Below are positions 1 to 8,208 of a stretch of 64,000 bases of DNA, piece by piece. The DNA is from Anaerolineales bacterium. GTDB lineage: Bacteria > Chloroflexota > Anaerolineae > Anaerolineales > UBA11858. The notes beneath the pieces are model-generated. The model was not told where the DNA came from, did no database searches, and worked only from the letters and a program-made list of their open reading frames with translations. Made by a program: the position numbers and the translations under genes. The stretch's first letter is position 1; every line of letters starts with the position of its first letter. The stretch lies in assembly GCA_049644605.1 (NCBI GenBank), contig JBARSF010000058.1, forward strand, positions 217,883 through 281,882. The letters are read 5' to 3'.

Positions 1-397
1 GTGGCGGGGATTTGCCTTGCCGAGACTTCAGGCAAAGTTCAGCCCCCTCGTTTCCAGTCTGATCCTCGGGGTTCTTTGGGCAGTTTGGCATGCACCGGCG
101 AAATTCGGGGGAATCGAAGCCACTAGCCTTGCTGATACACTCGTCGAGTGGGTTCTGATTGTACTGGTCACCATAATATTCACGTGGCTCTTCAACCGCA
201 CAAAAGGCAGTATTCTAGTAACTGCGCTGATTCATCCAGCCATGAACACGAATGGCAATTTTCTCACCGCGTCAATCGGTGCCCTCATTCTCCTCTTGGT
301 TTTCACTGTGTTTGTTATCGTAATCGACAGAATGTGGATAAGACCACCTTCTGACAATCCTGCTATCTATCAAGTGAATACGCAGGAAGCTGCCTAA
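1..397 (+). CDS. CPBP-family intramembrane glutamic endopeptidase (CAAX/Abi type), C-terminal part; 5' end outside window
   Basis: The frame is open from nt 2 (WRGFALPRLQ...). LWAVWHAP and ALIHPAMN motifs and hydrophobic segments are typical of CPBP proteases. Confidence 0.75.
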   Translation, partial: WRGFALPRLQAKFSPLVSSLILGVLWAVWHAPAKFGGIEATSLADTLVEWVLIVLVTIIFTWLFNRTKGSILVTALIHPAMNTNGNFLTASIGALILLLVFTVFVIVIDRMWIRPPSDNPAIYQVNTQEAA

Positions 398-517
398 CAC
401 CGGCTCCACAAGACGGGGCTTGTGCCCCGAGAGTCTGCGGCGCGCTTTCTGAGTTTGATGCCATAATGACCATGTCGGCTCGCCAAGGCCGCCCCGCCGG
501 TGAGCCATCCGTTAGGC
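392..517 (+). repeat. attC-like site 1
   Basis: GCCTAAC (392-398, contains the TAA stop of the upstream ORF) ... GTTAGGC (511-517). GGCTC(C)AC near the left end is complementary to GTGAGCC near the right end with one bulged base. CGGGGC/GCCCCG are also complementary. Confidence 0.7.
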
Positions 518-673
518 GGTATATATTCCTCTAACAGAATAACTCCAAAAGAATTCATCATTTGTGTTAATAACCTTCTCTTAAATGATGCAGTGCTATT
601 CTCTTGTTGCCCACAATGTATCTTACAATATACTTTCGAATGTAATGTATAACAATCATAATGACAGATATAC

Positions 674-702
674 TTGACAATATGTAAGTAATATTGTATA
701 CT
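674..702 (+). promoter_or_regulatory. Sigma70-like promoter with embedded inverted-repeat operator for the XRE cassette
   Basis: TTGACA (674-679), 17 nt, TATACT (697-702). ACAATAT-N7-ATATTGT inverted repeat (677-697) fills the spacer. Confidence 0.65.
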
Positions 703-703
703 G

Positions 704-925
704 ATGTCCATGAAAGTACCAACGAGAATGAACCTCAGACTTGCAAGAGTTGAGAAAAATCTCTCCCAGCAAAAACTTGCTGACAAAGTGAACGCGAGTA
801 GACAAACTATCGGGCTTATTGAAAAGGGAGGGTATAACCCAACACTTGACTTGTGTATAAGAATTGCGAAAGCATTAGATAAGACCCTTGATTACCTTTT
901 TTGGGAGGATAGCGAAAATGAGTAA
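704..925 (+). CDS. Short XRE-family HTH transcriptional regulator
   Basis: LSQQKLADKVNASRQTIGLIEKGGYNPTLDLCIRIAKAL is a canonical HTH_3 pattern. Alternative starts at 710 (possibly leaderless) and 728. Confidence 0.85.
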   Translation: MSMKVPTRMNLRLARVEKNLSQQKLADKVNASRQTIGLIEKGGYNPTLDLCIRIAKALDKTLDYLFWEDSENE

Positions 926-1370
926 AAAATTCTTAAGATTAGATGAACGGGGAAATCGCATCGTTCGTCAAATATCTTCCGTTTTGTACTTCATTACCGT
1001 GTATTCATTGATCGGATTTCAGCTGTACCGTCAGTTTGTGCTCAATCAACCATCTGAAGAGTGGAATGACATCGCTATCCTCATCTCGATTAATGTCATT
1101 GTTTGGATTGGTGCATTGTTGTACTTGAGCGGTGTTGTCAATCCCAAGGTTGTAAGAATGCGCTACCTAATCCTCGGGTTCACTGGCTTAGTAATATTTG
1201 GATCGGCTTTTACCATCTTTAAATACTCAGTCCTCCTGGACCGGACACTGAGTATGAGTTTGATATTGGATAGTTTCTTTATGGTATTAAAAATTAGCGC
1301 GCTTCTAGTAGGTTTATGGGGACTCCTGGCATATCTTGGAAACAAGAGAATGGAGAAGCGAATTAGCTAA
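918..1370 (+). CDS. Membrane protein partnered with the XRE regulator
   Basis: ATG at 918 overlaps the regulator stop (ATGAGTAA). About 4 hydrophobic helices. The track ORF 888-1370 was trimmed to the first ATG. Confidence 0.65.
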   Translation: MSKKFLRLDERGNRIVRQISSVLYFITVYSLIGFQLYRQFVLNQPSEEWNDIAILISINVIVWIGALLYLSGVVNPKVVRMRYLILGFTGLVIFGSAFTIFKYSVLLDRTLSMSLILDSFFMVLKISALLVGLWGLLAYLGNKRMEKRIS

Positions 1371-1483
1371 ATGGATCGTGCAGGATGGTCAAGGAATAGA
1401 TACTTCGTAGTTGTATCCGCATGTACTAGCGACCACCTGGACATAGATATGCTAACGGAATTGTTGAATCGCTAGTCAATACT

Positions 1484-1606
1484 GCCTAACGTCTCACTGG
1501 AGTGGACCCCGCGCACAGCGCAAGTTGGAATTGAGCCTGGTGCTTCGGCGCCAGGCATTTTCATTGTAAGATCAAAGCCTGGTCGCTCAGCTCAAGACCG
1601 TTAGGC
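1484..1606 (+). repeat. attC-like site 2 (subfamily B)
   Basis: GCCTAAC (1484-1490) ... GTTAGGC (1600-1606). Internal hairpin GCCTGGTGC-TTCG-GCGCCAGGC (1535-1556). The right arm GGTCGCTCAGCTC..CCGTTAGG is shared with the site at 6910-7053. Confidence 0.65.
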
Positions 1607-1679
1607 GCGTAGATAAACGACGATACTTAATCACAATTGCATCCATTATCTTTACAGCTATAATTGTTAGGGAGGCTCT

Positions 1680-2045
1680 GTGAATAAGCCAAGTTTTAAC
1701 ACTATTGACGACTACATATCATTCTTTCCGGAGCATGTTCAAAAAAAACTAACCGAACTCAGAGTTTTAATAAGACAAATAGCACCAGATGCTCAAGAAA
1801 AGATAAGCTATCAAATGCCAACATTCTACCTTAATGGTAATCTGGTTCATTTTGCAGCTTATGCAAAGCATATTGGATTCTATCCAACACCGAGCGGAAT
1901 TGCTAAATTCAAGCGAGAATTGTCAGGATATAAGCACGCCAAAGGATCCGTTCAATTCCCGCTGGATAGAGCATTGCCTATTGAACTTATTAAAAAGATT
2001 GTTAAATATCGAGTTGAAGAAAATATCAAGAAGGGCAAGAGGTAG
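1680..2045 (+). CDS. DUF1801 / YdhG-like protein
   Basis: GTG start after GGGAGG. TIDDYISFFPEHVQKKL...ISYQMPTFYLNGNLVHFAAYAKHIGFYP is typical of the family. Confidence 0.75.
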   Translation: MNKPSFNTIDDYISFFPEHVQKKLTELRVLIRQIAPDAQEKISYQMPTFYLNGNLVHFAAYAKHIGFYPTPSGIAKFKRELSGYKHAKGSVQFPLDRALPIELIKKIVKYRVEENIKKGKR

Positions 2046-2121
2046 TAATTCAAGTCAGTTACTGGTGGCTGAATGACCTAGGCCTTTATACTACAAACTG
2101 GGCCTACGATGATTGAGTACC

Positions 2122-2221
2122 ACCTAACCCCCGCTCCACCCGAAAGCCGGTTAAGACCGAGTACCGGGGACGGGGGACCGGAAAGGCAAGGCCCGGCTGC
2201 GGGTGAGCTCATCCGTTAGCC
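2122..2221 (+). repeat. attC-like site 3 (best-formed)
   Basis: ACCTAAC ... GTTAGCC. Pairing runs CTAAC/GTTAG, then 4-6 unpaired nt, then GCTC(C)ACCCG/CGGGTGAGC with a bulged C, then AGCCGG/CCGGCT, then a ~40-nt terminal loop. Confidence 0.75.
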
Positions 2222-2267
2222 TGCTGGAATGGAAATGTAAATTGTTTTGTAAACGCCTCATTGGTTG

Positions 2268-3095
2268 ATGATTAAAATGTCTAGAATCGATCTGAACGCT
2301 CGGTGTCTACTGATATTTCTATTACTGTACCTGTTTGTCCCAGCATGCAACTTCCGGGAGCCAATGGATACTGTCCCTGTTAATACCGGAACCCAACAAA
2401 TTACGGAAACCCTTTCACTTTATCCTTCCGAAACAGAAACGAGCACCCCTGCCACTGATAACAGTTCTGAACCTTTTCTTTGCCAGGAAGGATTCGAAGA
2501 TCGAGAGCTACGAGAGCCTTATCAGCGATATGATGGTAAACCTCGGTACACTTTGTCGGAAGAAGAGCTTATCGTGTACCTTGATTTGATGGGCATTGAA
2601 TCGATTTGCTTTCCTGTGCAGTTTGGTGCACCTTTCGTGAATGTTGATTGGAACAGTATCGAGGATCCACCTGCAACGGGGCGGATGGTCAGCATTGGAT
2701 TTGAAGAGTTATATTCCGGAGGTGGCTGGAGTAGGGGCTATCTCGTGTATGCCACTTATGATTTCTCTATCGGAACGGAGTACGATGTTTTCGCCACTCG
2801 GGCAGATTTAGAACAGATTACAGCTCAAGCTAATCCAAATCTAATCAATATTGGTGGTGTTGAAGGTTTTATCCGCTATTTTCCAAGTTTTCCCATGGGG
2901 ATGCAGGTCATTTCACAAACCTACATAATCCCATTCGAGGACTACTATATTGCGGCCGTGCTTACGCTGGGAGCTTACGATCCGGCTGTTATTAATGAAG
3001 TGCTACGAGAGATGGAGGAAGGCAAACACCCGGACCTCATAGACGAGAATATCAAACTGATGGAGATCCTTGTGTCTTCTATTAGGTTTAAATAA
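2268..3095 (+). CDS. Hypothetical lipoprotein
   Basis: Signal peptide with lipobox-like LFVPAC, then a Thr/Ser/Pro-rich linker. No recognisable domain. Confidence 0.6.
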   Translation: MIKMSRIDLNARCLLIFLLLYLFVPACNFREPMDTVPVNTGTQQITETLSLYPSETETSTPATDNSSEPFLCQEGFEDRELREPYQRYDGKPRYTLSEEELIVYLDLMGIESICFPVQFGAPFVNVDWNSIEDPPATGRMVSIGFEELYSGGGWSRGYLVYATYDFSIGTEYDVFATRADLEQITAQANPNLINIGGVEGFIRYFPSFPMGMQVISQTYIIPFEDYYIAAVLTLGAYDPAVINEVLREMEEGKHPDLIDENIKLMEILVSSIRFK

Positions 3096-3111
3096 CATCG
3101 ACCTACATTAG

Positions 3112-3182
3112 ATCTAACCCCCGCTGCACCTGACTCTTCGACTGCGCGCTCCGATCAGAGCAGGTGTGCTTATCCGGTATGT
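3112..3182 (+). repeat. attC-like site 4 (short form, variant right end)
   Basis: ATCTAACCCCCGCTGCACCTG ... CAGGTGTGCTTATCCGGTATGT. The arms GCTGCACCTG/CAGGTGTGC are complementary. The right end reads GGTATG instead of GTTRRRY. Confidence 0.55.
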
Positions 3183-3226
3183 ATTTGGAGTTACGATTAT
3201 TCAGATGATTTCGATGGGATGGGAAA

Positions 3227-3454
3227 ATGAATAAAGTGATCCAAAAGCTTGATGGCGCCAATATGGATATTGATCTTGTCACTCCTCATGACCAGATTAC
3301 CTGGCAGCAAGATTCATGTCCATGGAATATTGCCGAGGATACTTCTCAGCATAAATGCGCTGTAAAGAATATATCTATATGTCCCTTTTTTTGTGGAATA
3401 GAGTTTCAAGATTATATCTTGTGCTGTTACCCGCACAAGAATCCACTCAATTAG
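3227..3454 (+). CDS. Small Cys-rich hypothetical protein (75 aa)
   Basis: Sole ORF of its cassette. 6 Cys (CPW..HKC..ICPFFC..CC). No family recognised. Confidence 0.45.
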   Translation: MNKVIQKLDGANMDIDLVTPHDQITWQQDSCPWNIAEDTSQHKCAVKNISICPFFCGIEFQDYILCCYPHKNPLN

Positions 3455-3512
3455 ACGAGTAAGGAATAAAGACCAATCATCAATGGGATCTAACAATAAA
3501 AGAGCACCAGAA

Positions 3513-3697
3513 ATATAACCCCCGCTCCCATTCGACAGACCTGTCCGGAGTAGGCCGAAGGTCGTACCGAAGGGCTCAGGATCTGCGGCACCTGACTGCC
3601 TGGGGAGGACAGGAGACCGGGGACTGAAGAACAGAAACTCACGCCAGGCGGCAGGTGCCCTTCACCAGCTCAGGAGAGTTAAGCTCATCCGTTAAGC
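3513..3697 (+). repeat. attC-like site 5 (long form)
   Basis: ATATAACCCCCGCTCCC ... AAGCTCATCCGTTAAGC. Internal stem GGCACCTGAC-TGCCTGG / CCAGGC-GGCAGGTGCC. Clearly homologous to the sites at 5439 and 8209. Confidence 0.65.
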
Positions 3698-3721
3698 GCG
3701 GAAAAATAAAAGGAACATAAA

Positions 3722-4492
3722 GTGGAAGAAAAGGATAAAAAGCTCAAACCGCTGGGATGGGGATCATCGATAACAATATTTCTTGTAACGGCAATAATAT
3801 TGCGAGTAACCCATTACATCTTTGTGCCCGCATATACATTGGCGACTGGAAAACCTTATTTGGTTGGGTATCTGATTGGTTGGGTAAGCACCATGTTCTT
3901 GTTCTTTTTGACTTCTTTGATTGTATACAGGCTTGATCGCCATCCAATAAACATGAAAGGATTTGTTCCTCGATATCGGCTAGACAGGATGAAAAAAGCA
4001 GATTGGTTATGGACCCTGGCAATGATTGTATTCGCCATCATATCTCTATATGCACTTTCTTTCACCCAAACAATTCTGAAATCAGTAGCTTTCTTTTCAC
4101 CACACCCTGCATTTCCTCCCGATATGGTTGATATGGCTAATAAACTTACCCCTGGAGTTCTGTTTGAAATGCCTCTCCAGGGAAAATGGTGGCTTGTTGC
4201 AGTTTATTTTATTGGATGGATTCTCAATATTTTGGGAGAAGAATTTTGGTACAGGGGATGGATGTTGCCAAGACAAGAGATAGCCTTTGGGAAATATGCC
4301 TGGGTTATTAATGGGTTTATGTTTAACTTTCAACATACCTTTCAGCCCTGGAATATGTTAGCGATGTTGCCGGGATCTTTGTTCCTGTCATATGCCGTCC
4401 AACGGCAGCGGAAAACCTGGATGAGTATCATCTGGCATGGACTATTGAATATCAGCTTATTGATATTTATCATCCAGGGAGTTATCGGATAG
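3722..4492 (+). CDS. CPBP-family intramembrane glutamic endopeptidase
   Basis: GTG start. EEFWYRGWMLPRQ (EExxxR), FNFQH and IWHGLLN motifs. Multi-pass membrane protein. Confidence 0.8.
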   Translation: MEEKDKKLKPLGWGSSITIFLVTAIILRVTHYIFVPAYTLATGKPYLVGYLIGWVSTMFLFFLTSLIVYRLDRHPINMKGFVPRYRLDRMKKADWLWTLAMIVFAIISLYALSFTQTILKSVAFFSPHPAFPPDMVDMANKLTPGVLFEMPLQGKWWLVAVYFIGWILNILGEEFWYRGWMLPRQEIAFGKYAWVINGFMFNFQHTFQPWNMLAMLPGSLFLSYAVQRQRKTWMSIIWHGLLNISLLIFIIQGVIG

Positions 4493-4512
4493 CTATCTCG
4501 TAAAGAATTCGC

Positions 4513-4997
4513 GCTTTACCCCCGCTGCAGCGGACGCAGGGGAACGCAGCTCGTAGAGACAGCTTGAACTTCTGGAGGTCGGGAGCAATCTGTAATAGAA
4601 AGACAGTGTCCTTCCTCGCCCTGGCTGTGGTGATTGGGTGCGCGCCATATCAGCCTACGGCAACGCCGGTGCCGCTCTCCGCTGCCAACACCCCCGGCAC
4701 CGACCTCGGACTCTGGCTTTCCGTGGGGCTGGGCGATCCTGCCTGTGGCATTTCTGGCAGCGATAGTTGGCTGGATAGTCATCCGCTGAAGACGGTCCAC
4801 TCGGTGATAGCTCCCTAGAGAACGGTGTGTTCCGCGGAATGCTCAAGCGTCCTGCCCCTCACAGGCATTGTAGATGGTCCGGGACTCCCTGGGCAGCCTC
4901 CACCGGTCTCGCGGCAACCCCGCATGACCATTACCAGACCCGCTCAGCAGGTGCCCTTCGCAGAATGTGGAGGTTTCGCAAAGCTCTTCCGTTATAC
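4513..4997 (+). repeat. Aberrant ~485-bp GC-rich element bounded by attC-like left and right ends
   Basis: Left end GCTTTACCCCCGCTGCAGCGG matches other left ends with TAAC changed to TTAC. Right end CAGCAGGTGCCCTTCGCAG...AAGCTCTTCCGTTATAC matches other right ends. The ~400 bp between them is visibly much more GC-rich than the flanking genes. Confidence 0.4.
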
Positions 4998-5021
4998 ATC
5001 TATAAAAAAGGAAGCCAGACA

Positions 5022-5444
5022 GTGAAACAAACAATCGTACATATCGCATTAGTTGTTAGGGATTATGATGAAGCTATCGAATTCTACACAAAAAAACTCA
5101 ACTTTGTTTTGGTAGAAGACACCTATCAGCCAGAACAAAACAAACGGTGGGTGGTTGTCTCTCCGCCAGGATCAAAAGGCACAACGTTGCTTTTAGCAAG
5201 AGCCTCAAATCCCGAGCAGGAATCATTTATTGGTAATCAAACAGGTGGACGAGTATTTCTATTCTTAAATTCCGATGATTTTTGGCGAGATTATAATGAT
5301 ATGCGTGGTAAGGGTATTAAATTTATAAGAGAACCAAAACAAGAAGAGTATGGCATGGTGGCTGTTTTTGAAGATTTATATGGTAATTATTGGGACCTGC
5401 TCCAGTTGAATGAGAATAATTCAGTTACCAATAGAGGTGTATAA
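5022..5444 (+). CDS. VOC-family protein (glyoxalase/bleomycin-resistance/dioxygenase fold)
   Basis: GTG at 5022 after AAAAAGGAAG. IVHIALVVRDYDEAIEFYTKKLNF...FEDLYGNYWDLLQ. The track ORF 4827-5444 runs 5' into the GC-rich repeat and was trimmed. Confidence 0.85.
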   Translation: MKQTIVHIALVVRDYDEAIEFYTKKLNFVLVEDTYQPEQNKRWVVVSPPGSKGTTLLLARASNPEQESFIGNQTGGRVFLFLNSDDFWRDYNDMRGKGIKFIREPKQEEYGMVAVFEDLYGNYWDLLQLNENNSVTNRGV

Positions 5445-5585
5445 CACCCGCTCCCTTTGGCGAGCTAAGGATCTGCGACACCTGACCACCTTTGATGGAC
5501 TGGGGACGGAAGACGGAGGACTGAAATAACAAGCCCGGCAGCAGGTGCCCTTGACAGGATGCTTCGCGAAGCTCTTCCGTTCAGC
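5439..5585 (+). repeat. attC-like site 7 (long form)
   Basis: GTATAACACCCGCTCCC (contains the TAA stop of the VOC gene) ... GCAGCAGGTGCCCTTGACAGGATGCTTCGCGAAGCTCTTCCGTTCAGC. Contains the 12-bp palindrome GCTTCGCGAAGC. Confidence 0.65.
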
Positions 5586-5650
5586 AGATGATGTGCACTA
5601 TTGAATGGTTAATCGGCTCAGAAGATAATTTCTCTATAAGTGAGGATACT

Positions 5651-6853
5651 ATGATATTCAGGAAATTGTTTCCCCAATTAGTTGGTCTGATATTGATTGT
5701 AGTGTTTTTGCCAGCCTGCGCCGCACCGCAACTAACTCCCACTCCAGAATCATTTACCAGCACTCCTGCACCAACCGCCACCCCAACACCACAACCTGAA
5801 TGGAAACCCGAAGAAAGTGATTTTAATGCCGCATTAGAAGAAGTATTAGATCCCTTTTTTTCCATATATATTGAGAAAGTAGGTATTACAGGATTTTCAG
5901 TAGGTGTTGTTAAGGACAACAAAATTGTTTATGCTAAAGGTTTTGGCGTAAGAGATTTCGAAACCCAAGAACCTGTTACTGCATATTCTTTATTCCATAT
6001 GGCGTCCATTTCTAAGCCGTTTGTGGCAACTGCAATTATGCAGCTTGTAGAAGAAGGAAAAATTATCCTTGATGAATCGCTTGTCACCTATCTTCCCTAT
6101 TTCCAACTTGATGATGAACGCTATAACGAGATAACAGTCCGACAAATGCTCAGTCATGTATCAGGTATGCCACGTGCCATGGATTATCATTGGGATCAAC
6201 CTGAGTATGATGAAGGGGCATTGGAGCGGTATGTCCGAAGTTTGGCAGATCAAAAACTACTTTTTACACCGGGCGATGAATTTTCTTACAGCAATGTGGC
6301 ATATGAAGTTTTGGGGGATGTCATAGCCAAAGTATCTGGTCAGCCGTTTGAAAATTACGAGAAAGAAAATATATTGGCCCCGCTGGGAATGGATCAAAGC
6401 ACTTTCTTAAAAGAAGAAATACCCCCAGAACTCGAAACGACACCTCATCTTGACGAAGGTGTTGTCAGCGAAGTTTATCCATACAATCGTCCTCACGCGC
6501 CAAGTTCTACCTTGCATTCAAATGTTTTAGAGATGTCTTATTGGGCAATCGCTAACATGAACCGGGGCACATTCAATGATATGAAAATACTGAGTGAATC
6601 CAGCTATGATCTCCTCTGGACACCACACGTACAAGTGCAAACTGGTGTATCGATGGGCTTGGGATGGTTTCTGAAAAGGTCTGAGGAAGGGGATTGGGTT
6701 TATCATGATGGTGGAGATGTTGGTTTTCGGACATCATTTACTATGCTGCCAGAAGAATCAATAGCTTTAACCATACTTGCCAATGATGAACGATTAAACC
6801 CAAGGTCAATGGCCGATATTGTCATAGGGTTAATCCATGATATTGAACCATAG
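5651..6853 (+). CDS. Serine hydrolase, beta-lactamase/PBP4*-like family, lipoprotein
   Basis: ATG 5651 after GTGAGGA. Lipobox FLPAC, Pro/Thr linker, SxxK (ASISK) and YxN (YSN) motifs. Confidence 0.85.
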   Translation: MIFRKLFPQLVGLILIVVFLPACAAPQLTPTPESFTSTPAPTATPTPQPEWKPEESDFNAALEEVLDPFFSIYIEKVGITGFSVGVVKDNKIVYAKGFGVRDFETQEPVTAYSLFHMASISKPFVATAIMQLVEEGKIILDESLVTYLPYFQLDDERYNEITVRQMLSHVSGMPRAMDYHWDQPEYDEGALERYVRSLADQKLLFTPGDEFSYSNVAYEVLGDVIAKVSGQPFENYEKENILAPLGMDQSTFLKEEIPPELETTPHLDEGVVSEVYPYNRPHAPSSTLHSNVLEMSYWAIANMNRGTFNDMKILSESSYDLLWTPHVQVQTGVSMGLGWFLKRSEEGDWVYHDGGDVGFRTSFTMLPEESIALTILANDERLNPRSMADIVIGLIHDIEP

Positions 6854-6909
6854 ATTGTCTTCTCAAGCCATTTTCATTTCAGTGGAAGAGCAAAATGGAT
6901 AAAAAGCCC

Positions 6910-7053
6910 GCCGAACAAATCCGATGAAGCAGCCTGCCTCCCACCGCGATATTTCGGGGTTCTGCGCGATTTGGCAGTAAAGTTGGATTATTAGGGTGCT
7001 GGAAATGCTAGAGCAGGATCGAACCCCGGTCGCTCAGCTCGTAGCCATTAGGT
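6910..7053 (+). repeat. attC-like site 8 (subfamily B, degenerate right core)
   Basis: GCCGAAC ... GGTCGCTCAGCTCGTAGCCATTAGGT. The right arm aligns with site 2. The right end reads ATTAGGT (G to A). The left boundary is uncertain. Confidence 0.5.
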
Positions 7054-7096
7054 TGCATTTTGTATAATTATCAGAAGAATAATAAAGGAATTAAAT

Positions 7097-7591
7097 ATGG
7101 AATCCTTTCATGATTATATGAAGGAATATAAAAAACAGCTAAAGAAGGGTGACATCATAAAGGCATATCAGGGCCTGATGGAATATTTTGGACAGTTAAG
7201 ATCGTATTTTAATAATAAATATCCTGATTATTCCGTTTCTAGCAGTATTTATTATGGATATATGGATATGACATATTTTTCTATCTTTCCAGAATCATTA
7301 AAACGTCGGAGTCTGAAAATTGCATTGGTTTTTGTTCACAACAAATTTAGATTTGAAGTATGGTTAGCGGCAAAAAACAAGAATGTTCAAACAAAATTCT
7401 GGAAATTGATAAAAGAAAGCGATTGGAATAAATACCACATAACACCAACTACAAGAGGTGTTGATTCCATAATAGATCACATTTTAATTGACAATCCAGA
7501 TTTTAGTGATTTGGATGCTTTAACAAAACAAATCGAGAGAGGGACCTTAAAATTTATCAAGGATGTTGAGGGCTTCTTAGCTAAACATTAA
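7097..7591 (+). CDS. Hypothetical protein (164 aa)
   Basis: Good RBS (AAAGGAA), AT-rich coherent ORF, no domain recognised. Confidence 0.6.
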   Translation: MESFHDYMKEYKKQLKKGDIIKAYQGLMEYFGQLRSYFNNKYPDYSVSSSIYYGYMDMTYFSIFPESLKRRSLKIALVFVHNKFRFEVWLAAKNKNVQTKFWKLIKESDWNKYHITPTTRGVDSIIDHILIDNPDFSDLDALTKQIERGTLKFIKDVEGFLAKH

Positions 7592-7650
7592 AACTGACTC
7601 TGGTGCTGACCTCCTCCCGCCGAAAAGATTGCATCTACCACCCCTCTTTG
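7588..7650 (+). repeat. Possible left-half attC remnant
   Basis: TTAAAAC overlaps the stop of the 7097-7591 ORF. CCTCCTCCCGCCGAAAAGATT resembles CCTGCCTCCCACCGCGATATTT in the left part of site 8. No matching right end follows. Confidence 0.3.
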
Positions 7651-7905
7651 CATATACGCCGCATAATTATTAATTGATATCATTCTAAAAATAAATTCGT
7701 TAATATGTAAAAATATGTTTGAATCATGCGTAATACCAATAATTAAAATAAGGCAGAGTCGCGGTTCTGTAAGGAGAGAAATATTTTCGACTGTCATGTG
7801 AATTGATCTAATGTCTATATTCACCAGACCCTCATGGCGCTTCGTTTGGTCGGACAGAGGATATAATGTTAGGAGGAGGAGAAAATAAACCCTTAAACCA
7901 AAAAC

Positions 7906-8208
7906 ATGAAAACAATTAAAGTAATAAATCGAGGGGATTGGAGAGAATGGCTCGCAGCCAATCACGATAAAGAGACAGAAATCTGGCTGGTTTACTACAA
8001 AAAGAAAACTGGCAAGACAGGTGTTGGATATGATGCTTCCGTAGAAGAAGCACTGTGTTTTGGGTGGATTGATAGTCTTATCAAGAGGTTAGATGACACG
8101 AAATATGCCAGGAAGTTCACGCCGAGAAAAGTGAACAGCCAGTGGTCACCCTCGAATAAAAAGCGCGTAAAGCAGCTGATTAAAGATGAGTTGATGACGG
8201 ATAACTAA
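7906..8208 (+). pseudogene. YdeI/OmpD-associated family protein, N-terminal ~100 aa only (truncated)
   Basis: WREWLAANHDKETEIWLVYYKKKTGK...EEALCFGWIDSLIKRLDD matches the family N-terminus. Family members as I recall are roughly twice this length. The ORF stops exactly where a half attC begins. Confidence 0.6.

Noticed and set aside
272-786. Minus-strand ORFs 272-508 and 394-786 (78 and 130 aa).
   Set aside because: They run through the GC-rich repeat and the AT-rich promoter region and overlap the CPBP gene 3' end. They have no RBS or domain. They are the typical spurious ORFs generated by GC-rich palindromic repeats.
4516-5049. Several overlapping ORFs on both strands inside the GC-rich element (4516-4800 -, 4655-4846 -, 4825-5025 +, 4843-5049 -), and the long N-terminal extension of ORF 4827-5444.
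   Set aside because: They are Arg/Pro/Gly-rich low-complexity translations of GC-rich DNA. They are mutually overlapping and have no RBS. The VOC domain starts at GTG 5022 with a good RBS. Only 4564-4818 is kept as a low-confidence curiosity (see the findings).
6990-7056. GAGCAGGATCGAACCCCGGTC looks like the reverse complement of a tRNA T-arm (GGTTCGATCC), suggesting a tRNA gene or fragment.
   Set aside because: On the reverse complement the flanking bases do not form a 5-bp T stem (only 2-3 pairs). No acceptor, D or anticodon arms can be drawn. The homologous repeat copy at 1570-1606 lacks the motif. It is a coincidental resemblance inside an attC-like repeat.
7588-7965. Minus-strand ORF of 125 aa spanning the AT-rich gap before the ydeI-like gene.
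   Set aside because: It overlaps the start of the plus-strand ydeI-like ORF and the stop region of 7097-7591. It has no RBS and a low-complexity hydrophobic translation.
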